DNA of 63,873 nt, counting the filler. It is 10 parts of 10 records of this genome, joined end to end, with 100 filler letters (N's around TTAATTAATTAA, not from the genome) between each part and the next. Parts side by side here need not be neighbours in the genome. Positions count along the whole stretch, not along the records: positions 56,378 to 60,588 come from SRR20825010_4691; positions 60,689 to 63,873 come from SRR20825010_4710; 8 more parts are not named here. One strand, given 5' to 3'. The notes under the pieces are model-generated. The model was not told the origin of the DNA, made no database searches, and saw only the letters and a program-made list of their open reading frames with translations. A program made the translations under genes and the position numbers. How positions within the stretch are numbered: the first letter of the stretch is position 1; each line of letters begins with the position of its first letter. Below are positions 56,476-63,873 of the stretch, piece after piece.

Positions 56476-59443
56476 GGAGTTTCTCATTCTCTGGATCAAC
56501 AAAGGCGGGATTGCAAATGATGCCGGCGACAGCCGATCCGGCCAGCCCATTCCAAATGACGACCTCGTCGCCATATCGATCAGGCCCACCTTTGACCAAG
56601 GCCAGACCAATCGCATGACCAAGATTGGGGGAATGACACATCGATGTGACATAGCCCTGATCATTCTCAAGGCTCACTTCATCGCCAACATTTAAAATAT
56701 GCGATCCGGTGGCGAATTTATCAGACGGTGATTTTGGCTTGATCCCGACCAAGGCCGGACGGGATGGATCAACCAACCCTTCACGTAAATTCATCACCTG
56801 CCCGATAAAGTCATCCTTTTTAACCGACACCATCCGCCCCATTCCAAGATCGGCGGGGGTAACTGTGCCATTAATTTCGGCATGGGTGACATGGCCCTTT
56901 TCAATACGCATCACGCCAAGGGCCTCTGTCCCATAAGGCGCAATACCATGATCCTTGCCAGCAGCCATGATCGCATCGGCAACACTTTCGCCATACCCTG
57001 CCGGGACTGCGATCTCAAAGGCCAACTCGCCAGAAAATGAAATACGGAACAACCGGCCCTTAAGCCGCCCGCCAAACATCGAAACTTCACGTGCGGCCAA
57101 AAACGGAAAGGCCTCATTGGAAATATCGTCATCAATGATCTGAGACAGCACATCGCGCGTTTTTGGCCCGGCAATCGCCATTTGCGCCCACTGATCGGTG
57201 GCAGATGCCATGCGCACATCAAGCTCAGGCCATAAAACCTGCGCACAAAATTCCAGATGGGTCAAAACGCCTGCGGCAAGGGCGGTTGTCGTCGTCATGA
57301 AGTAATGATTTTCCGCCAAGCAGCTTGTCGTCCCATCATCATACACCAAACCATCTTCGCGCAGCATGATGCCATAACGCGCCTTGCCCACCGGCAATTT
57401 CAAAAACGCGTTGCAATAAACCCGGTTCAGGAATTCCGCCGCATCCGCGCCAAAAATCTCGATCTTGCCAAGGGTCGATACATCACAAATGCCGACATTG
57501 GATCGAACGTTCAAAACTTCGCGGTCAACGCTATCGCGCCAGAATGTTTCCCCGTCTTTCGGGAACCAGCTTGACCGATACCAAAGCCCGGTTTCGACAA
57601 ACTTTGCCCCATTGCGCACCGCCCAGCCATGCAGCGGCGATTTACGCACAGGCTGGAATTCAAATCCTTTGGATGCCCCGACCAGCGCGCCAAATGAAAC
57701 CGGCGTATAAAACGGGCGGAAGGTCGTTGTCCCGATCTCGCCGGGGGAAACACCCTTGTTCTCGGCCAGAATACCAATCGCGTTTACATTCGATGTTTTA
57801 CCCTGATCGGTCGCCATGCCATTGGTGGTATAGCGTTTGGCAAGCTCGACATGATCATACCCCTCGCGCATCGCAAGGTTAATGTCACCTGCCGTCACAT
57901 CGTTCTGATAATCAACAAACGCCTTGCCCATCGATGATGGCACCGACCAAAGGGCAACGATGTCCTGGCGAATATCATCTGGTTTATCCGAACCCAAAAG
58001 ATTTGCAGGCTGCGCTGAAAAACCAAGCGTATCCAACGCCGCCACAGCCGCCTTTCCCCCCGCATCAAAGCAGGCAGCAATCCCGACGTTTCCGGCAACA
58101 GCACCCGCAGGCGTCATGCCATCAGACGTTTCAGGTGGCAGGAACCCGGCATGCTGATCCGACCAAACAGGTTTTGCCCCACGGTGGCAGGCCAGATGCA
58201 CAATCGGGCTATAACCACCTGACACCGCAAGGGCATCAACATTAATCACCTCGTCACGCCCGTCATCATGGCGAACCGTGATGGATTTAATGCCTTTGCG
58301 CCCATCTGTATCGCGCACCATCGCCCCGGCAATATGACGCGCCTTACCTTGATATCGCGTATTCGGGCAAGTGCGCGGGTCAATGATCGCTGCAACCTCA
58401 ATCCCGCGGGCTTCAAGATCAATCGCGGTCTGATAGGCCTGATTGTTATTGGCAAACAATGCAACGCGCTTTCCCGGTGCAACGCCAAATGCGTTCAGAT
58501 ACGTCCGCATGGCACCGGCCATCATCACACCGGGTCGATCATTACCACCAAACACAATCGGGCGTTCTTCTGCACCGGTTGCCAGAATGGTGTGTTTGGC
58601 AACAATTCGCCAAAGCCGTTCCATCGCCCGGTCTGGATTAATCGCACTTTCCGGCAGATGTTTTTGCACCCGTTCAACCGCGCCAAAAACCTGATCGTCA
58701 TAGGCGCCAAAGATCGTCGTGCGGGTCTTAATCTCGACATTGGGTAATACATGCAGCTCGCCAACAATATCGGCCAATGTCGCATCTGCGGGCTTATCCC
58801 CGATCATGCCACCTTCGGCCAAAATCCCACCGCCCAACTGCCCGCCTTCATCGGCAAGAATAACCCGCGCGCCTGATCGCCCTGCGGTCAATGCGGCGGC
58901 CAATCCCGACGGCCCAGCTCCAATCACCAACACATCGCAATGTGCCCAGCATTTTTCATAATGAGCCGGATCGGGGTCATAGCTTGCCCGGCCAAGACCG
59001 GCTGCCTTGCGAATAATCGGCTCATAGACCTTTTCCCAAAAGGCCGCGGGCCACATGAATGTTTTGTAATAGAACCCTGCCCCTAAAAACGGGCCCAACA
59101 ATCCGTTTACCGCCCCAATGTCAAAATCAACATTCGGCCAGCAATTCTGCGATCTGGCTTCAAGCCCGTCAAACAGCTCGGCCATGGTCGCACGGGTATT
59201 GGGATCACGTCGGCCATCGCGCCCGATGGTCAAAAGTGCATTGGGTTCTGCCGCCCCTGCACTCAGAATGCCGCGCGGACGATGATATTTAAAACTGCGC
59301 CCGACCACCTGTTTGCCATTGGCCAACAAGGCCGACGCAACAGTATCACCGGCAAAACCGCTAAGTTTTGTGCCATTGAATGTAAAGCTGCGCACATCAT
59401 TGCGATCAATCAGCATACCGCCATCAATCCGGAAACTGGTCAT
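56468..59443 (-). CDS. soxA: Sarcosine oxidase alpha subunit
   Basis: GDTVASALLANG..RSFKYHRPRG, GAGPSGL, KRYTT.GM.TDQGK, GcvT-like C-terminal domain DVSTLGK / RISFSGE. Confidence 0.93.
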   Translation of the reverse strand: MTSFRIDGGMLIDRNDVRSFTFNGTKLSGFAGDTVASALLANGKQVVGRSFKYHRPRGILSAGAAEPNALLTIGRDGRRDPNTRATMAELFDGLEARSQNCWPNVDFDIGAVNGLLGPFLGAGFYYKTFMWPAAFWEKVYEPIIRKAAGLGRASYDPDPAHYEKCWAHCDVLVIGAGPSGLAAALTAGRSGARVILADEGGQLGGGILAEGGMIGDKPADATLADIVGELHVLPNVEIKTRTTIFGAYDDQVFGAVERVQKHLPESAINPDRAMERLWRIVAKHTILATGAEERPIVFGGNDRPGVMMAGAMRTYLNAFGVAPGKRVALFANNNQAYQTAIDLEARGIEVAAIIDPRTCPNTRYQGKARHIAGAMVRDTDGRKGIKSITVRHDDGRDEVINVDALAVSGGYSPIVHLACHRGAKPVWSDQHAGFLPPETSDGMTPAGAVAGNVGIAACFDAGGKAAVAALDTLGFSAQPANLLGSDKPDDIRQDIVALWSVPSSMGKAFVDYQNDVTAGDINLAMREGYDHVELAKRYTTNGMATDQGKTSNVNAIGILAENKGVSPGEIGTTTFRPFYTPVSFGALVGASKGFEFQPVRKSPLHGWAVRNGAKFVETGLWYRSSWFPKDGETFWRDSVDREVLNVRSNVGICDVSTLGKIEIFGADAAEFLNRVYCNAFLKLPVGKARYGIMLREDGLVYDDGTTSCLAENHYFMTTTTALAAGVLTHLEFCAQVLWPELDVRMASATDQWAQMAIAGPKTRDVLSQIIDDDISNEAFPFLAAREVSMFGGRLKGRLFRISFSGELAFEIAVPAGYGESVADAIMAAGKDHGIAPYGTEALGVMRIEKGHVTHAEINGTVTPADLGMGRMVSVKKDDFIGQVMNLREGLVDPSRPALVGIKPKSPSDKFATGSHILNVGDEVSLENDQGYVTSMCHSPNLGHAIGLALVKGGPDRYGDEVVIWNGLAGSAVAGIICNPAFVDPENEKLHA

Positions 59444-59718
59444 GCGTCGCCTCCAACCTTCAACGTGCTGGCATCAACAACATCACTAATATCGTGGGTC
59501 ACTGTATTGCGGCTTAACACCAGCCACCGCCGACATCCCCCGGCATGGTGCCAATATTCGCGGTGCTCACCGCGCGGATTATCGCGCAGATAAACATGAT
59601 CGAACCATGCACTTTCATCCGCACCCGCCTTGGGGCGCGGGGTTGCGACTTCGCCGCGGATTGCAAATTCCTCGCGGGGGCGAAGGCCACAATTGGGACA
59701 TTTGACAAGACTGCTCAT
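59440..59718 (-). CDS. soxD: Sarcosine oxidase delta subunit
   Basis: MSSLVKCPNCGLRPREEF...YLRDNP.G...EYW.H..GCRRW...RNT.T zinc site. Confidence 0.92.
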   Translation of the reverse strand: MSSLVKCPNCGLRPREEFAIRGEVATPRPKAGADESAWFDHVYLRDNPRGEHREYWHHAGGCRRWLVLSRNTVTHDISDVVDASTLKVGGDA

Positions 59719-59758
59719 TTCCAAAATCCTTATGCCAACGGCTCTAATTGTTGGCGCA

Positions 59759-60588
59759 TCAGTGCAGGTTCGCTTGGGCACCAACGCCCTTTTCGTCCAG
59801 AAGGTATCCACGCGCAAACCGGTCCATCCGGAATTCGGTCGCGGTTTCATGCGGTTCACCCTTTGCCAACAAATGGGCAAAGCAATAACCAGATGCCGGG
59901 GTCGCCTTGAACCCGCCATAGCACCAACCGCCATTGAAATAGAGATTGCCAAGATGGGTGCGATCCATGATCGGCGTGCCATCCATGCTCATATCCATGA
60001 TCCCGCCCCAGCTTCGCAAAATGCGCACCCGTGAAAGGGCGGGGATCATGGCCATTCCGGCCTCGGCAACATGTTCAACACAGGCAAGGTTTCCGCGCTG
60101 GGCATAGGAATTATATCCCTCGATATCCCCGCCAAATACCAAACCGCCCTTGTCTGACTGCGACACATAAAAATGCCCGGCCCCAAATGTCACCACGGTA
60201 TCTATGAATGGTTTTAACCCTTCGGATACAAAGGCCTGAAGCGCGTGGCTTTCAATTGGAAGTCGCATATCGACCATGCCTGCGACATGGCTTGAATTCC
60301 CGGCAACAGCCATGCCGATCTTGTTGCATTTGATCGCACCACGCGTGGTTTGAACCCCAGTGACCTGATCACCCTCACGGTCAATCGCGGTGACTTCGCA
60401 ATTCTGGATGATATCCACCCCGTGCTGATCCGCCCCACGGGCAAATCCCCATGCCACTGCGTCATGGCGTACAGTTCCGCCGCGCTTTTGCATCAGACCG
60501 CCCATGATCGGGAAACGGGCATTTTCATAATCAAGGAATGGCAGTTTTTCACGCAACTGATCACGGCCCAAAAGGTCGGCATCAACCC
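59759..60588 (-). CDS. soxB: Sarcosine oxidase beta subunit (5' truncated)
   Basis: GGTVRHDAVAWG, LQAFVSE, SQSDKGGLVFGG, GGWCYGGFKATPASG. Confidence 0.93.
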
Positions 60589-60688
60589 NNNNNNNNNNNN
60601 NNNNNNNNNNNNNNNNNNNNNNNNNNNNNNNNTTAATTAATTAANNNNNNNNNNNNNNNNNNNNNNNNNNNNNNNNNNNNNNNNNNNN

Positions 60689-60705
60689 ATGTTGAACTTG
60701 CTCAT
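60689..60705 (-). CDS. accB: Probable start of acetyl-CoA carboxylase biotin carboxyl carrier protein (truncated)
   Basis: ATG AGC AAG TTC AAC overlapping the aroQ stop; inferred mainly from the conserved aroQ-accB order. Confidence 0.45.
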
Positions 60706-61160
60706 TTCGATATCTTTTGTGATGGTGTGTGGATCAATCTGCGCATGGCATCCAGGGCGTATTTATAACTCTGGGAGCCAAAGCCATAGATCATACCGTT
60801 TGCAGCTTTCGAGACGTTTGAATGGTGTCTAAACGTATCCCGTTTTTGAATATTGGACAGATGGACCTCGATCATCGGCAAATCTGATGCCCAAATTGCA
60901 TCGAGGATCGCAACCGATATGTGCGTATATGCCCCAGCATTGCAAAGAATACCAGAATCTTCTTGTCGGGTTTCCCAAAACAAGTCAACCAAGTCACCTT
61001 CTTTGTTGTCTTTATGGCAGATGACTGACTGATAAAGTTTTGTGTCGATAGATCACAGTGGCCTTTGATCAGGTTCAAGGTCATTCCATCCCAGACATCC
61101 GTTTGACACATCTTAGTAGGTTCAGATGCAGTTCACCATAATCCCGGTGAAGGGCCGCAT
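60702..61160 (-). pseudogene. aroQ: Decayed type II 3-dehydroquinate dehydratase
   Basis: C-terminal part recognisable (EGDLVD, NAGAYTH.SVAI.DA, IEVHLSNI..R..FRHHS); N-terminus split over three frames (HLNLL | QTDVWDGMTL..HC | QSVICHKDNKEG). Confidence 0.8.
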
Positions 61161-61405
61161 ATGATCTAAGATGCTCAACATATTGGTATTGCGTTTATAA
61201 CATGCCCAAAGCCTGACGCAACTTTGCAATGGTCTTCGCAGAACAGGGTTGCAAAGCCAATTGTCGACCGACTTTTGTCTTTCAAATGACTTTCGGCGGC
61301 TTTAGGCAAAAAAGCGGCGCAAGACCGCTTGCTTCAAGGCCACCTGCTGCGCATACTGCGCGGCAATCATGAAGATTTTAATACGACAGGGATTGAACGA
61401 AAAAG

Positions 61406-62404
61406 ATGCGCCTTACGATCAACGGTGAAGACCGCAATATCGAAAATGCCGCGAATGTTGCGGAACTGCTTGGCGAACTTGGCATTGCCGCGACCAAGGT
61501 TGCCGTAGAACGCAATCTCGAAATTGTTCCCAAAACAGCATATGGCGAAACGCTTCTTTGCGATGGCGATAAATTTGAAATCGTTCATTTTATCGGGGGC
61601 GGTTCACAGGAAGCTGATCTTGCCGCTGCGCAGGGCGATGATGGCTTTGTTGTCGCGGGCAAAAAGTTTTCGTCACGTTTGCTGGTCGGGACCGGAAAAT
61701 ACAAAGATTTCGACGAAACCCGTGTTGCGATTGAAACATCCGGTGCGGAAATCGTTACCGTTGCGGTGCGTCGGGTGAATTTGACCGATCCAAATCAGCC
61801 GATGCTGGTCGATTATGTTGATCCCAAGAAATACACCTATCTGCCCAATACAGCAGGTTGCTTTACCGCTGATGACGCGGTGCGGACCTTGCGTCTGGCC
61901 CGTGAAGCAGGGGGCTGGAATTTGGTGAAGCTTGAAGTTCTGGGTGATCAGGCAACGCTTTATCCTAATATGCCAGAAACGCTGATCGCGGCCGAAGCCC
62001 TGATCAAGGATGGCTTTGATGTTATGGTTTACTGCAGCGATGATCCGATTCAGGCCAAGATGCTTGAAGACATGGGCTGCTGCGCAATCATGCCGTTGGG
62101 GTCGTTGATTGGATCGGGCATGGGTATTCTTAACCCGGTTAATATTGCGCTGATCAAACAGAATGCCAATGTGCCGGTTCTGGTCGATGCCGGTGTCGGC
62201 ACCGCATCAGATGCCGCCGTTGCGATGGAGCTTGGCTGTGACGGGGTTCTGATGAATACCGCAATCGCCGGGGCAAAGGACCCGATCCGTATGGCGCGCG
62301 CGATGAAGCATGCCATCATTGCCGGACGTGAATCGTTCCTGGCAGGACGGATGCCCAAGAAACAATATGCTGATCCGTCCTCGCCTTTGGCCGGGATCAT
62401 CTAG
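61406..62404 (+). CDS. thiG: ThiS-ThiG fusion (sulfur carrier + thiazole synthase)
   Basis: N-terminal ThiS ([22 protein letters not shown]) in frame with ThiG ([26 protein letters not shown]). Confidence 0.93.
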   Translation: MRLTINGEDRNIENAANVAELLGELGIAATKVAVERNLEIVPKTAYGETLLCDGDKFEIVHFIGGGSQEADLAAAQGDDGFVVAGKKFSSRLLVGTGKYKDFDETRVAIETSGAEIVTVAVRRVNLTDPNQPMLVDYVDPKKYTYLPNTAGCFTADDAVRTLRLAREAGGWNLVKLEVLGDQATLYPNMPETLIAAEALIKDGFDVMVYCSDDPIQAKMLEDMGCCAIMPLGSLIGSGMGILNPVNIALIKQNANVPVLVDAGVGTASDAAVAMELGCDGVLMNTAIAGAKDPIRMARAMKHAIIAGRESFLAGRMPKKQYADPSSPLAGII

Positions 62405-62432
62405 GCGTCGTTTAAACGCGATGATCATTTAA

Positions 62433-62470
62433 AACAAAGGGCCGTTTCGAATATGAAACGGCCCTTTGTT
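62433..62470. terminator. Bidirectional intrinsic terminator
   Basis: AACAAAGGGCCGTTTC-gaatat-GAAACGGCCCTTTGTT between convergent genes. Confidence 0.85.
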
Positions 62471-62546
62471 CGTTAATGCATTGTTTGTTTGGCTTGCGAA
62501 ACGGGATGACTGCAAAAGTAGTCAGCGGCGTCAAACCCGTCGCAAA

Positions 62547-63308
62547 TCAGGAAGCGTCTTCAAGCCCTGAGAGAACCAATGAATTCACGCGGTCCATATC
62601 GGCACCGGAAACCATCGTTCCATTGATCAGGAAGGCGGGTGTGCCGCTGATGCCGACAGAACGGGCCATTGCGGAATATTGCGCAAGCATGCCATTGATT
62701 TCGGGCGATTTCATATCTTCGCGCATCTTTGCGACATCCACACCGGCATTCGTAGCAAGATCATTGATGCGTTCTTCATCAAGTAGGCCACGGTTGGCCA
62801 TGAAGGCTTCATGGATTTCCATGTATTTTCCTTGCTTGGCAGCGGCAAGGGCAGCCCGGGCCGCATCAGCACTTTCTTCGCGCAGGATGGGGAATTCGAC
62901 AAAGAGGGTGCGGACTTTGCCGTCATGTTCTTTGGCAATTTTCATCACACCGTCAAAGGCGCTTTTGCAGTAACCACAATGATAATCAAAAAATTCGATC
63001 ACGGTGACAGGCGCGTCAACCGGGCCAATCGATGGAACCGTGCTATCGGCAACCAGTGCATCCCAAACCGGGGCGATCGATGCTGACTGCTCACGGGCTT
63101 GCTCGCTGGCCTGCCAGGCTTGAACATTTTGAATGGCGCGCAAAAGGACATCCGGATTTTTCATCAGATATTCTTCGATGACGCTTTCGACTTCGGTTTT
63201 CTGACCGGCACTCAACATTTCATCAGCTTGCGCCAAGGGTGCGCAAAACAGCATGGTTGCCGCGATTGCGCTACCACCAAGAGTGCGTTTAACGATCTGG
63301 GAGTTCAT
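62547..63308 (-). CDS. DsbA family thiol-disulfide oxidoreductase (ScsC/Com1-like)
   Basis: Signal peptide AQA, IEEYLMKNP N-terminal helix, EFFDYHCGYC, cis-Pro GTP. Confidence 0.9.
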   Translation of the reverse strand: MNSQIVKRTLGGSAIAATMLFCAPLAQADEMLSAGQKTEVESVIEEYLMKNPDVLLRAIQNVQAWQASEQAREQSASIAPVWDALVADSTVPSIGPVDAPVTVIEFFDYHCGYCKSAFDGVMKIAKEHDGKVRTLFVEFPILREESADAARAALAAAKQGKYMEIHEAFMANRGLLDEERINDLATNAGVDVAKMREDMKSPEINGMLAQYSAMARSVGISGTPAFLINGTMVSGADMDRVNSLVLSGLEDAS

Positions 63309-63380
63309 GGAGCGTCCTTTTGTCATTGAAGCTTATCACCGACGGTGAAGGTCATGGTTATGTGATACGTGATCAGGGCG

Positions 63381-63873
63381 CTAACGGGAAAGTAAAATAT
63401 GCGTCAGATAGGTGATCCCACTCACAGAAGTTTGGTTCTTCGTGCCAGATACGATCCCAACCCATACCAGTCGAATTTCATCACCTTTGGCGTCGGGCCA
63501 ATAGCGGCGATAGAGTGTTGATAAGTCGAAATATTCCCGCTGCCATTCGCCGTAACGAACAGACTGCTTTCCGACAGGAATACGCACGGTTTGATCAATC
63601 GAAGGTTTTCCTGATCCCAGATCACTTTCTGACCAGCTTCCTTGGTTTTGCCGACGAAAGCCAAGGATCAGCTCTACATCACCGATTTGGGCTGTGCTGT
63701 TAAATTGCCAGTCAAAGGAAAGGTAGGGTGATGCAAGGACAACCACATTCGTGCGTCGGCCGATGTCAAAATCGCCAAGCCCCGGGCGTGCGGCCAAGGC
63801 GATCCTGCCGTCTTTGTCCTGCCAAGACAACGGTGACGGATCTGGATCGGCACTGCTGTGCTCAATTGAGGCT
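63381..63873 (-). CDS. Hypothetical protein (5' truncated), beta-sandwich-like
   Basis: Frame open to the window end; LASPYLSFDW, WQREYFDLSTLYRRYWP; family not recognised with confidence. Confidence 0.6.
   Translation of the reverse strand, partial: ASIEHSSADPDPSPLSWQDKDGRIALAARPGLGDFDIGRRTNVVVLASPYLSFDWQFNSTAQIGDVELILGFRRQNQGSWSESDLGSGKPSIDQTVRIPVGKQSVRYGEWQREYFDLSTLYRRYWPDAKGDEIRLVWVGIVSGTKNQTSVSGITYLTHILLSR

Noticed and set aside
59719-59982. Extended 180-aa soxD ORF in the track
   Set aside because: The extension overlaps soxB; the real start is MSSLVKCPNCG at 59718.
61160-61405. TPP riboswitch upstream of thiS-thiG
   Set aside because: No GCTGAGA / CCTGA..GGGA core visible.
61406-62404. 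ThiS-ThiG fusion as a novelty
   Set aside because: This fusion is already known in many alphaproteobacteria.

Overview
This window is not one genome. It is ten unrelated bacterial contigs joined by identical 100-nt artificial spacers (N44-TTAATTAATTAA-N44), consistent with a concatenated marine or enrichment metagenome assembly; the taxon labels below are inferred from gene content and order only. (1) 1-4168, Rhodobacteraceae-like: ecm/meaA, H-NS, deoD, DUF1989, two small ORFs, end of sdhB. (2) 4269-21540, Parvibaculum-like alphaproteobacterium: TipF-like EAL protein, an AT-rich orphan, glutathione peroxidase, DinB, OmpA lipoprotein, three SDRs, GNAT, alkyl-sulfatase-like MBL, omega-aminotransferase with PuuR-like regulator, a CMD/VOC-MarR-ICL family-PaaI cluster, PheC-like protein, ileS. 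(3) 21641-25880, rhizobial: gatC, ruvX, AEC transporter and others. (4) 25981-32648: partial tRNA, hemY-mic60-like-hemD-hemC, tsaD. (5) 32749-37098: RND permease plus an exceptionally long (905 aa) periplasmic adaptor whose alpha-hairpin has two length-matched arms of about 285 residues built from 14-aa repeats. (6) 37199-45521: orphan phnM, lipid A modification genes, LysR and wrbA. (7) 45622-49740: end of glcB, a globin-like chemoreceptor, and a translationally coupled four-gene operon centred on an MsrQ-like haem-b membrane domain fused to a Rieske ferredoxin. (8) 49841-56277, Marinobacter-like: metK, sahR with two operators, tkt-epd-pgk. (9) 56378-60588: sarcosine oxidase soxBDAG. (10) 60689-63873, Thalassospira-like: accB start, decayed aroQ, thiS-thiG fusion, DsbA/ScsC. 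The strongest candidates for undescribed biology are the giant-hairpin RND adaptor and the MsrQ-Rieske operon.
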